Assembly: GCF_009914755.1 (NCBI RefSeq)
Contig: NC_060942.1
Strand: one strand, 5' to 3'
Origin: the human T2T-CHM13v2.0 reference genome, Homo sapiens
DNA length: 64,000 nt
The position numbers and the translations under genes were made by a program. This document shows, piece after piece, positions 41,871 through 54,933 of the stretch; the stretch's first letter is position 1; each line of letters opens with the position of its first letter. A model generated the notes under the pieces. It had not been told where the DNA came from, did no database searches, and worked only from the letters and a program-made list of their open reading frames with translations.

Positions 41871-42065
41871 TAATAAATCAAAAGTAATACTGTATACTTG
41901 GGGGATTGCAGAGCATAATGCCAACATCAAAGACTTGGGAGATACTAAGGGGATGATTCCTATCATTTTCCCCACTTACTTTACCTGCTAGGCCCGTGCT
42001 GAAGACATCCTGGAGGATGATAGCTGATTATTGTGAATGCATTCAAAGGCTAGCTGTAATAGTGC

Positions 42066-42416
42066 CTCTTCTTAGTTAGTGTGAGCTGCTACACAAAGTA
42101 ATAGACTTGATAGATTAAACAACAGAAATGTATATCTCACAGTTCTGGAGGCTGGAAGTCCAAGATCAGCATGCCAACATAGTTGGGTTCTGGTGAGGAC
42201 CATTTTTCTGGATTGTAGACTACTGATTTCTCCTTGTATCATAAAATGGCAGAAAGAGGGTAAGAGACATATTTGGGTTTGTTTTTTTTTAATAAAAGCA
42301 CTAGTTTTATTCGTGAAGGCTCTACTCTCATGGCCCCACTTCCTGATAACATCACATTGGGGGTTAGGATTTGATCATGTAAATTTTGGGGGGACACAAA
42401 CATTAAGTCAATTGTA
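42066..42416 (-). mobile_element. MLT1A0-like MaLR LTR
   Basis: 'aaacaacagaaatgtatatctcacagttctggaggctggaagtccaagatc...ttttggggggacacaaacatt'. Confidence 0.88.
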
Positions 42417-42659
42417 AATCTATTTTTTCTTTGTCTTTTTGCTAAAAGAAATCAGCAAAGTCCTTTGTCTCTGCAATATTCTTTTTCTACTGCCATAAGT
42501 TAAAAAGCAGAAGAAACTGCATACAGTCAACAGAGATAGCATTGCATTTTTTATTCTTATGCTTCAAAGCTGAATCAATTATATGTATCTATGTTATAAT
42601 TTAGTCCTATAGAGCCTTGATCATCGCAGAATTTTAAAGTAAATAAAATTGAGCTACTA

Positions 42660-42892
42660 AAGAAATTGACAAATCATACCCCATTAACCAAATTCAGCCT
42701 GCAGCCTGTTTTTGTAAGACCTGTGAGCTTAAAGTAGTTAGTACATTGTAAAGGGTAGTAAATGCACACACACACACAAACACACACACACACACATATA
42801 CACACACAAATATGTGACAGAAACTAAACGTGGCCTACATAAACTAAGATATTTATTTCTGGTGCTTTAGGGAATAGGTTTGCCAACCTCTG
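42660..42892. mobile_element. MER58C-like hAT element with internal (CA)n
   Basis: 'gcctgtttttgtaagacctgtgagct...tatgtgacagaaac...gtttgccaacctctg'; 8-bp TSD AGCTACTA/GTCTACTA. Confidence 0.8.
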
Positions 42893-43158
42893 GTCTACTA
42901 TAACAATAACAACATATTCTTAGAATGCAGTAAGTAGGAAGTAACAGTGGTTTGGATGACTGGTAATACAAGAATAAAACGTATAGGTAGTGGCTAATTT
43001 TCAAATTTGGCATTAGGCTGATTTCATTATTAATCAATAGTTTATATACTATCAAAACCCAGGGGTCATCCAAAGAACCGAACTTAAACCTAGATGAAGT
43101 AATTGACAAGTCTTAGTTTGTCTCCCTTTCAGGGAGAGGGAGTGCTTTCTTTTACTGA

Positions 43159-43624
<466 letters not shown>

Positions 43625-43697
43625 TGTTCAGGGAAATATATGTTTAAATGTATGTTTAGTAAAGGCTGTATTTTGATGTTGAATAGCAAAAGGTGGG

Positions 43698-44248
43698 ATG
43701 TTAAGAGAACCGGTCATGTCTGTAATCTGTGTTTGCATTCAACGTGTTTGGATATCACATCCTAAGTTTGTGGTTTTGCATATTTGACTTGCACATCCCC
43801 AGAAAGGCATAACTCATTTTTCCAGCCTCCCTTGCTGCTACTGTTCAGGCATATGACCCTGGCTTCACCAATATCCTACATGTATAAGTAGGATTGTTAT
43901 TTGAAGGAAGAATACACGTATTCATAGTTTTGACAAGCACAACAGTGGCGGTATCAAGGTCTTTAGAGGCTCTAGTGTTGGAACTCCTGGCCTCTTGTTC
44001 TGTGAACCATAATTCCAATCTGTGATTTTTTATTATATGGGATGTTAGTACCATGTAGGGTAGCAGTGGAGTTTTCACTACAGTAAGGTTCTCCATGTGA
44101 GCATGTGGCCATTGTGTGTTCTCTGAACTCAGCTTTCTAATCCACATAGAGATTCAGAGAGATACATAAGAGAATGATACATATATCTGTCTGCTTAGAG
44201 TAACTCAAGAGGATTTTGTTGTTGGTTACTAAGAATTCTAACTGATAG
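43698..44248 (+). mobile_element. ERVL/MaLR-type LTR (LTR67B/MLT1-like), probable 3' LTR of the second ERVL
   Basis: Preceded by PPT-like AAAAGGTGGGA; 'ttccagcctcccttgctgcta'; ends 'gttactaagaattctaactgata'. Confidence 0.55.
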
Positions 44249-44384
44249 TACTGAAAATGTCCCTAAATACTCACAGCTTTAATTTGCCTAGGTATAAAAT
44301 CTCATTTTACAATTTATTTGCCATGAACATTTTGATTTTGATTAAATGCTTTTTATCAAATGTAGGACTCATTGACAAGTAGAC

Positions 44385-44900
44385 ATGTAACCACCTACAC
44401 TGATTCCTTCAACATCCAAGCATCACCCAAGCTGCTATTATTTCCCTCTGGATTATTGCAAAAGCCTCCCTGCTTTTACCGTTACCCCTGAATCTATCCT
44501 CAACAAAGCTGCCACAATTATCGCTAATAATGTAAGTCAGGTCATGGTGCCTTCTTCTCAAAATCTTCATTGGTTTCTGTTGCACTAAAAGTCAAAGTCA
44601 TCACCATGACCTACAAGACCTTGCATGGTCTGGAAACGGATAACCCTAAATGTTTCTCCTATTGCTCTGCACATTTTTCACTCTGAGAAAGCCATACCAG
44701 TTCCTTGAACATACCAAGCTTGTTGCTGCCTCAGCAGTTTGTACCTGTTCCCTCTGCCTGGATTGTTTTTATACCAATTATCTCCATACCTGGCTCCCTT
44801 GCCTCCTTCAGAACATTATTCGTATGTCCTCTTCTCAGGGTGGGTGCTTCCTTCTCTGACAAGCCTATTTAAAATTGCAATCCTACCATTCTTTGCAGAT
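44385..44900 (+). mobile_element. L2 LINE remnant
   Basis: 'ctggattattgcaaaagcctcc...taagtcaggtcatggtg...ccatgacctacaagaccttgcatggtctgg'. Confidence 0.8.
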
Positions 44901-44964
44901 CAACTCCCCCCTACACAGAGAATTATCTATATTCTACTCTGACTTTTTCTTTCTTGGTAGTAGT

Positions 44965-45800
44965 TATTACCATACAAATTAGAAGCATCCAAATCAGCAA
45001 CAAAGAAGTAAAATTATCTCTGTTTGCAGATAATTACGGTTTACATGATCCTAAATGTAAACTTGTCCCAAAGATTCCACAAAAAAATCCTGTTGGAACT
45101 AAAAATGAATTCAATAAAGTTGTAAGATATAAAATCAACATATAAAAATCAATAGCATTTTATATACTAATATAATAGAAAAAGAAATATAAAAAGCAAT
45201 CCCGTTTACTACATCAAAAAATAACTAGAAATAAATTTAACTAAGGCGATGAAAGATGTATACACTGAAAATTACAAAATATTGATTTAAAAAAACTGAA
45301 AGAGCCAAAAATAAATGGAAAGTTAACCCATGCTCATGGATCAGAGGAATTAATATTGTTAAAATGTTTATCCTACACAAAGCAATATAGAGATTCCATG
45401 CAATCTGTATCAGAATCCTAATGTCATTCTTCATAGAAATAGAAAAATCGATCCCAAAATTCATAAAGAAATGTAAAAAGGCCAAATGCCCAAAACAATT
45501 CCAAGAGAAAAAAATGTAGGCAATACATTTTCTGATTTACAATTATATTACAAAGCTATAGTAATTAAAAGTATGTGATACTGGCATAAAAACAGAGATA
45601 TAGACCAGTGGAACAGAATAGAGAGCCCAGAAATAAATCCAAACATATACAGCCAACCAAATTTTGACAAAAGCACCAAGAAGATGCAACTGGGAAAGGA
45701 TAGTCTCTTTAATCAATGGTGCTGGGTACATTGGGTTTCCATGCACAAACAATAAAATTTGACCCTTATCCTACACCATACAGAGAAATCAATGTTTAAA
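44965..45800 (+). mobile_element. L1 (L1MA/MB-like) ORF2 fragment
   Basis: 'IQISNKEVKLSLFAD' in ORF 44954-45145; 'gaccagtggaacagaatagagagcccagaaataaatcca'. Confidence 0.88.
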
Positions 45801-45817
45801 CACGATTAAAAAAAATC

Positions 45818-45926
45818 TATCTCTCTTTGTCACCCAGGCTGGTCTCAAACTCCTGGCTTAAAACTCACCTCCTGCCTCGGCCTTCCAAAGTGCTGAGATT
45901 ACAGGCATGAACAGCCACACCCAGCC
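45818..45926 (-). mobile_element. Alu monomer (FLAM-like) followed by (CA)n and (TG)n tracts
   Basis: 'gtcacccaggctggtctcaaactcctggctt...ccaaagtgctgagattacaggcatga'. Confidence 0.8.
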
Positions 45927-46199
45927 AACACACACACACACACACACACAAACACATCTGTATCTGCCTATCTATAATCTGTTTACGTCATCCATATATG
46001 TATGTGTGTGTGTGTGTGTGTGTGTGTATACACATATATGGATCTGTGTGTTTGTATATATATATACACACACAGAGAGAGATTGAAACAGATACAGAGA
46101 CAAGAGACAGACATACAGAAAGTTAATGCTGTATTCCCAGCAACCACAGTGGTGCTGCGCATATAGAAAGAATTCCATAACCTGCCTTCAATGGACTTC

Positions 46200-46810
46200 A
46201 GCTGTATTTTGAAGCAGTGACCTGGATCTTTAGGAGGATCCTCAACATCTAGTCCTGTCACTTTTTCAATATCCATCAGAGTTTGCAGTGAAGAATCATC
46301 CAGACTCTTCTGGGTGGCTATCAGTGATCTCAGTCTGTGGGCTGTTTCATTTTTCAGTATGTGGATTTTCATTTAATCCATCTGGTTTCACTGCAGTGGC
46401 TAGCATCCCCTGGAGTCACTTGGCCGATGAGAGTTGGAAAGACGTTCTAGGTGCCTAATGGTTTATTGATACAGATTCTCAGCCAGTGATCTCATTCCCT
46501 GCCTCCTGCTCACCTCCAGTCAAATGCAAAGGTCCTCACTGCTTCTGATTCCCTGAGCCATAGGGATGCTCTGAGTCTCCTGCTCCTACCTTCCTTGAAA
46601 ACCCCTAGATTTCAGCTTTCTCCAGTCTTCTAAGTTTGTCATCACTCCTCAATCTGCATTCCAGCATTCAAAATTTTATTTTCTCCCTGTTGTTCACTCT
46701 TCTCACATTTTCTTTGCTACTGTGGATTTATACCTATACAAAACTGTGATAGTCCTTTCAGGGAGATTTGGGGAATAAAACGTGACTTTAAATTTCTGTG
46801 GTTAATAAGC
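46200..46810 (-). mobile_element. Probable 5' end of an ancient L1ME/HAL1
   Basis: 'gtggattttcatttaatcc', 'gatttcagctttctcc', 'aaaattttattttctcc' resemble ancient L1 5' ends; weak. Confidence 0.45.
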
Positions 46811-47049
46811 TCCTGATCTTTCCATTATGATAAGTGCTTGACTCTGCTTGCTGATAGGAATCAGAAGTAAGATAAGAAAAAAATTTGATTTTATGAAAAA
46901 TGAGTATGAGTTAATTAGCATATTAAAGCTTTCTAGACAGAAGAAAACCAATGTGAAAAAAAGTGAGCATTTCATAATTTAAGAACTATCCAGTGCATTT
47001 TGGAATGCTAAATATCATTGCTTAGGCTGAGATCAGCTCATCTTCTATG

Positions 47050-47226
47050 AGCAAAGTCCTTAATAAAGAGATTATATCAGAATCACCTAGGGGAGATTTT
47101 CAAAGCATATGAACCTTCATTCTACTCTAAATGCCCTGCATTATAACTAGAATCAGGTTAAAATATAAATTTTTTTCTAAAGCACTGTAAGCACATCTAA
47201 TGTATAAAATCATCAAGAACTGTTGG
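47050..47226. mobile_element. MER5B-like MITE
   Basis: 'atcagaatcacctaggggagattttcaaa...ctaatgtata...caagaactgttg'. Confidence 0.6.
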
Positions 47227-48540
47227 ACTAGAACAACTAAGCAAAATAAAGGAAAATTTAGTGATATATGCTGAAAATGATTTTTACTGGTAGTACTCAA
47301 ATAACACAATGACACATTTATATTTCATTTCTTCATTCAATGGAAATTTAAAACAATCTTATTATGTTTCCAATCATCAGTGAATTCATTCTTTAATGCG
47401 AGAATATTACCCTCTTTGTGTAAAGTGACAAAGACTGCATTGTCTGTGACATAGTGGCACACGTATTTGCCCATAGGTCTATGATATATAGGCTGACGTT
47501 CGAAATAATAGTAAAACAACAACAACCAGCTTGGCTACAGATAATAGTGAAGAATGAAGTAGAACCAAGATCTCAAGGAGGTCATGACACTCATTACAAA
47601 TATTCCCCTAAATTCAAGCAGGATACAAAATATAAAAGACACAGTGATACCTTAGCTTTTGAGGATACTGTCATGGATGCACAGTTTAGCAGTGATTGCA
47701 TAGGCACACTCTTCAAGTCTGAAATTACCTTTTTGGATCAAAGAGAGACACAAGCTGGAATTACAAACAAAAATAAAAATACAACTAGAAAGAGAGAGAT
47801 GGAGGGCAATTGTTGTTGTGGTTGTTGAGGGAATCCCTTCTTTCATTTTTTCCATTCAGAGGGATATCTATTAGTACAACAGTTCTGTCTTCTCTTTGCC
47901 CTTCTCTCTCTTTTCCTCAAGGAGAAAAGATTATCCGACTGGCAATTTTAGAAGCAACATCTGGGTATTTATAGTTCACTGCTTTTCTCAGTATTTCTTT
48001 TCAGAATTTGCTTATCTACAGAGAGTGTGTGTTTTGTTCTGTTCTTTGCCATGCGGTAAAAGGAAGCTGTCCCCTGGGGGAAGGCCCCTGCACTTGTTCA
48101 ACACTACCTAAATGAATTGATAAGCCTGCTTAACTATAGATTACAAGATTAGGATACTTATTTTTGCCTTACACCTAAACCATATTCTCCAGTAGCCATG
48201 TTACTAATTAAGTTCATCTTTAGTCCACCATCTCTTCTTCCTGATTCCTTTGTCAGGGATACTATTTATTAGCTTCCTTAAATCCCAATATTGCCAGTTA
48301 GAGTCTACTAGCAAAGTTCTTAGGACTTGGAGAAGATGTGTTTAAGTTGGTGTTTCTTTCCACAGTATCTGCTTAATAAGGAAGTTACAGAAGCAATAGT
48401 AGCAGTAGCGGTGGTAACTGGCATTTATTGAGGGTCTACTACCCTCAAAAAATGTCAGATAGGTGATTTTATCTAATTTTCACAACTCCAAGAAATAAAT
48501 ATAATTGCTATCCCAATTTTTGTGATGTGAAAACTGAGTC

Positions 48541-49772
48541 TTTTTTAAAATAAGCTTATTTTTATAGATTTGGGGGTATGAGTACAGTTTTGTAACATGT
48601 ATGTAGTGTGACTGGGTGAAGTCTGGCCTCTTAGCGTAACCATCTCCCAAATTATATACATTGTACTCATTAAATATTTGTCATCCCATACGCCTTGCCC
48701 ACTCTGCCACCTTCTCAGCCTTCTGAGTTTCCAATGTCTATCATTCCACTCTCTACCACCACGTGTACACATTACTTAGCTCCCACTTAAAAGTGAGAAC
48801 ATGTGGTATTTGACTTTATGTCTCCGTGGTATTTCACTTAAGGTAATGGCCTCCAGTTCCATTCATGTTGCTGCAAAAGGTATTATCTCATTCTTTTTTA
48901 TGGCTCAGTAGTATTCCAAGGTGTGTGTATGTATATATAAAATGAGTTGTATGTATATAGATTATATATACCACATTTTATTTATCCTATCTGCCATTGA
49001 TGATTCTATATCTTTGCTATTGCAAACAGTACTGCACAAAAGCAGGGATCTTTATGGTATGATTTATTTTCCATTGGGTAGATATACAATTGTGGGCTTG
49101 CTGGATCGAACTGTAGTTCTATTTTTAGTTCTTTAAGAAATTTCCATATTGTTTTCTATAGAGGTTGTACAAATTTATATTCCCACTAACAATGTATAAC
49201 TATTTTCTTTTCTCTGCATTTTTGCCAACATCTTTTTTGTGACTTTTTGATAATGGTTATTCTAACTGCATAAGATGGTGTCTCACTATGATTTAATTTG
49301 TATTTCTCTTATGATTCATGATTTTGAGCATTTTTATATGCTTTTTGGCCATTTGTTTGTCTTCTTTTTTTAAAAAAAATATTTTTATTTTAAGTTCCAG
49401 GGTACACGTGCAGGTTCCAGGGTGTGCAGGTTTGTTAACATAGGTAAATGTGTGTCATGTTGATTTGCTGCACCTATCAATCCATCACCTAGGTATTAAG
49501 CCCAGCATGCATTAGCTATTTTTCCTAATGCTCTCCCTTCCCCACCCAACTTCCTGGCAGGCCCCAGTGTGTGTTGTCCCATTTGTATATCTTCTTTTGA
49601 TAAATGACTGTTCATGTTCTTTGCCCACTTTTTAATAACATTTGGTTGTTGTTGTTGTTGAGTTGTTTGAGTATATTGTAGACTCTGGATATGTCCTTTG
49701 TCATACGCACAATTTGCAAATATTTTCTCTCATTCTGTAGGCTGTTTACTCTGTTGATTATTTATTTTTCTA
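48541..49772 (-). mobile_element. L1PB-like 3' end
   Basis: 'tagatttgggggta', 'ttagctcccacttaaaagtgagaacatgtggtatttg', 'atggcctccagttccattcatgttgctgcaaa'. Confidence 0.88.
49369..49578 (-). mobile_element. Short L1PA (PA8-10-like) 3' end nested in L1PB
   Basis: 'ccatcacctaggtattaagcccagcatgcattagctatt'; 20-bp TSD CCATTTGTTTGTCTTCTTTT/CCATTTGTATATCTTCTTTT. Confidence 0.9.
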
Positions 49773-49773
49773 T

Positions 49774-49820
49774 GCCTCCCAAAGTGCTGGGATTACAGGC
49801 ATGAGCCAACGTGCCCAGCC
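49774..49820 (-). mobile_element. 47-bp Alu 5'-terminal fragment
   Basis: 'gcctcccaaagtgctgggattacaggcatgagccaacgtgcccagcc' abuts L1 directly. Confidence 0.9.
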
Positions 49821-50214
49821 TTCCTCAGGGAAATCTTTAGGTGCTCCTAAAGACATAGTGCCTCCTTAGCAAATACTTGTTCAATGAACATATGGATTTG
49901 TTTTTGATTCTGTGACTGAAATGTCTCTAATATTTACCTCTCAAATATATCTACCAATACCTTTAATTAGGTATTTTCTCAAAATCTTCTCACGCACCCA
50001 AGTGTCTATTATTATTGATAAATTAATATCCAATATATAACATTTATAATAATTTAGTCTCACCATCTTTGAACTGCTTTAATCTAATGATACTCACCTG
50101 TATAATATTTTAGTCCCTCATGACTATTTTCTGTATTCCACTCTGACCACAGGCTTCTAGCTATGTCATTTGGTAATTTCTGTATAGATTATACCACTGC
50201 TACTAAGAACAACA

Positions 50215-50560
50215 ACAACAATAATAATAATTACCATTCATTGATCATTTTACATATGTCAGGCATGCTACTAAGCACTTTACACATACTGTCTGCTTAG
50301 GTAACAACCCTGTGGGGTAGAATATAGACTCAATGGGAAAAGCGAGTGTATTCATATTGTTTACTATTGTATATCCAATGAATAGTGCAGTGCCTGGCTC
50401 TTATTGTTTGTTCTATTAAATATTTATCAAATACATGATTATAAGGTATTATTAATCCCATTTATATATATAGAAATAGCAGGACAACATGTTATATAAC
50501 TTGCCGAAATACAGTTACTAATGGCAAGTCTGAAAGTCAAAGCAAAACATTTCTGTCTCC
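50215..50560 (-). mobile_element. MIR interrupted by a short L2 3' end (~50335-50440)
   Basis: 'tatgtcaggcatgctactaagcactttacacat'; L2 end 'tagtgcagtgcctggc...aaatattt'. Confidence 0.65.
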
Positions 50561-51356
50561 GTATTCCACTCTATGATACATTGTTTTTTTCCTCATTCTA
50601 CCTCCTGTCTCACAGGCAATAGATCCACTTTTACCTACATTGCCTTCTATATCTAACCGTGTCCTTAATACTTTATTCTATTGTTGAAGTCTTCAATTTT
50701 GTATTGTCTAATGAATGTTTATAGAATAAATGAAGGCATGAATAAACAGAGGCCTATGTGTAACTCTGTAAGAATGCATAATACTCTGACTCTATATTAA
50801 GACAAATATGTTATAAAGAGTAGAATATATATTTCAAAGGGAGTTATCCCTTATCTGATTTTGTCTATGCTTAGAGGAAAAAAGAAAACAGGTTTTCATA
50901 TGTGAAATATACTGGTGGCCCTATCTTTCAATTCATTAATTTGCTAGTTAATTATTATGTTTAACACTTTGAACAAATCAGGAGTAGAGCACCATACCAA
51001 GCATGCTGGTGACATGGACAAGCCAGAAGAAAGAGTATAAAAAGACACATCACTCTATGAATTAACTCACTAGTTTATGAAGAAAGTATGCATGTAATAT
51101 TATAAATAAAATTAGAAATTCTCATTGTACCACTGAAACATTATCTGAGCAAGTTCAGTGGTTTTCATTGTAATGTTTTTGATGCAGAGGATGCACTGGT
51201 CATTGGTCACCCTAATACATTTTTAAATGTCTAGCATACTCACACATTTAGCATTTCATACCAACATAAGGACTTCACTTATAAGAGGATACTTCAAATA
51301 TTTGAATGCATTAAAATGTCAAAGACAGCAAGACACACCCATATCATTAAACTATG

Positions 51357-51789
51357 TTAATTATGGTCAGTTTTATGTTTCAATATCCAGCTATTCAATC
51401 AAATACTAATCTAGAGATTTTGTAGATATGATTAAAGTCCATAATCAGTTGACTTTAAGTAAGAGAGATTTTCCTAGATAATCTGAGTGGGCCTGATTCA
51501 ATCAGTTGACAGACTGTAAGGACAAAGCTCAGGCTTCCTCTCAAACGAAGAAATTCTGCCTGCAGGTAGCAACTTTTGATCTCCCGTACCCAAGAGTTCT
51601 AACCTGTCCTTCCAGACTGCCTGCTCTATAGAACTCAGACTTGCCATTTCAGTCTTGTAAGCCTATTTATCATAATATATATATATAGATAGATTATAGA
51701 CAAATAGATAGGTGATAGTGATACAGAGAGAGAGATAGACAGATAGATCCTACTTCTTCTATTTCTCCAAATAACCCCGGATCATTACA
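51357..51789 (+). mobile_element. MLT2D-like ERVL LTR
   Basis: 'aatcagttgactttaagtaagagagattttcctagataatctgagtgggcctgattcaatcagttga...gaagaaattctgcctg'. Confidence 0.85.
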
Positions 51790-53371
51790 ATGCCATAAGT
51801 TTTGTGATAAAAAGGATGGAGCAACACATGTGTGCATGTGGGTGCATGGGTGTGTGTGTCTGTTGTGTATCCTTATTCACACACATTATGCTCATCATCC
51901 TGAAAAATTATTAACAAAGCTTTTCTGTTTTGTGAAGTATGGGGCTGGGCTATGGCTTAACGCAAATATAAATTTAGCCTTCTTATCTCCATAATACATA
52001 CAAGTTGAGGGTTTGTCAATATTCCAGTAGGGTCTTTTGAACATTTATCATTAGGCATTGCCAATTCTGACAGGATAACTACTTGCTGAATACTAAATGC
52101 AGAAGCACTGAGCCATCATTTTTACACAGGTTATTACTTTGAAATGATTATTATTTAAGATAACTCACCTCCTTATAACTTCCCTCAGACTCTCTACCAT
52201 CTCAGTTGTAAAGTGCTTTGATGTAAATTTTATCTGCATGCAGTATATTCAATACTGATGCTTTTAATAAGTAGGTCTTTGGAGTCAAAGAGTTTTTTAC
52301 TTTTCTTAATACATTAAGATATAAGATACATTGCAGTCTGTTTATACTGATGTCCTAATAATACTTTAATATGCCAAAGAAAAGTGTCTGTAGAATTTGA
52401 TGATGACTTTGGCATAAATATGTTTCATAAGTAATTTCTCCAAGCTCTATTTCAAGTATCGCTATAAAAAATTTAAACAATGTCAAGCATTTTCAATAAG
52501 GTAGTATACATCTTTTATTTTTATATTTTTTCACTTAAGATTAGAAAAAGCTTGTTACAAATTTTACTGATATGAGATTGGATAGAAAAAATAGACAAGG
52601 GACTTGAAGACACGCACATATACATAGAATGGAGCTATTTCTACATCATTACATATGCATAGGTTTGATTCACCCTTGTTACGAGTTAGTATTCTTAAGC
52701 AAAAGATGAGAATAAACTCATCAGCTAGGGAAAAAATGCATTTGCATAATATCAAATCCTATAACTCATTAGTGTTTTTCTAATCAGCTCATCTGAATAA
52801 GAGATGATGATGATGATAATGCAAACGAAGATATAAGAGAGCAATAACTATTTTTGCATAGTAAGGCTTGTCTATAACAGTATAGTCCAATTAGATGGAA
52901 TAGAAAAATTTACCCCATATGATTTGTTTATCTATGCAGCTGCATGATGTTGATGAAAATCAGGAATGCTAGTTTTGTTGTTCGTTCACCATTTTAGGGC
53001 CGCCTCTGGTGATTTGGAATTCCAATATGACTTGCCCGTAAGCAGCCAACGATGGAATGTACTCAAGGATGAAGAGAAAATTCAATGAAGGGCTTCTCAG
53101 CAGATTTCATACCTTAATTCATTTAAGAATGATCAGTAACTGAAATTATATCGGAAACTTTTATAAAGGAAGAAAGAAGAAAGTAAGTCATAGCATAAAA
53201 ATGCACTCAAAATAATAGCAGAGGTTTTTAATAAAAAGTCAATATAAATTAATGTACTATTTAATGGAAAACTTCAAAAATTTCATATGGTTTGTGGGAA
53301 AATGTATACAGATTTGTAAAGACTTTTATTTAAATTAATATCAATTGATATACTTTAAAACCAGGGATCCA

Positions 53372-53714
53372 CAAGATGCTAAGTATTTACAATAGAGAAT
53401 TAAAATGATAATCTGTATCACAATAATTACTCAGATTATAAGTCTGCATTATATGTTGCTGAATTCTAAACTAAACTGATTAAACAGGAACTGTGTCAAG
53501 TTTGGACAGAAGTCATATCAGACAGAAGCAGGTACATTTTTCTTTTTCTTTTTTTTAAAGCACAGCCATGTTTACACAATTTTTCCTTCCACTCCCCTAC
53601 CAAGATGCTAAGTATTTACAATAGAGAATTAAAGTGATAATCTACATCACCATAATTACTCAGGTTATAGGTCTGCATTATATGTTGCTGAATTCTAAAC
53701 TGAACTGATTAAAC
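53372..53714 (+). repeat. 114-bp direct repeat pair (53372-53485 and 53601-53714) with a 115-bp spacer
   Basis: 7 substitutions and no indels by manual alignment. Confidence 0.95.
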
Positions 53715-53737
53715 TGTTTTATTTTTATCCTATAAGT

Positions 53738-54090
53738 TTGTAATAAAGAGACTGACTACATTATTTTTATGTTTACTGCTGACAATGTTATAAGTCCCAC
53801 CACTTCACTTTCCCCTTTGCCCGACATCTAAGCAAACTTTAAAAAGACCAGTCTCTTGGTACTGGCAGGAAGTTCAACCCACGTGATTCCTGGCCTGGTC
53901 AGTACATGTGACCCCACCCCAGACCCACCTCCCAACGGTAATAAAACTCAAGCCAGTTTCCCCTTCCTGCTATCTCAAGCCATTTTCAGACCTGCTCTAA
54001 ATGCAAAGCCCCATTTTATGAGTTTAAAACTTTTCACACTTTCTTGGTGTGTGTCATTATTAGATTTGATATCTAAAATTTGGGTAGGTA
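53738..54090 (+). mobile_element. ERVL LTR (MER54/MER74-like)
   Basis: 'tgtttactgctgacaa', 'ggtactggcaggaagttcaac', 'aataaaactcaagccagt...ctcaagccattttcagacctgct'. Confidence 0.55.
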
Positions 54091-54091
54091 G

Positions 54092-54933
<842 letters not shown>

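Larger units (their letters stand above)
40270..43100 (+). mobile_element. Second decayed ERVL internal region (gag, pro, 5' RT) with nested elements
   Basis: gag-like 'gtgtggaaatgtattt...cagatagggctgaat'; RT-like 'ggattgcagagcataatgccaacatcaaagacttggga...tggaggatgatagctgattat'. Confidence 0.7.

Noticed and set aside
45983-46372. 129-aa ORF with a globular-looking N-terminus
   Set aside because: Overlaps a probable ancient L1 5' end and runs into dinucleotide repeats; no recognisable homology.
47454-47828. 124-aa ORF
   Set aside because: Non-ATG (GTG) start, no recognisable motif; length within chance expectation for 64 kb.
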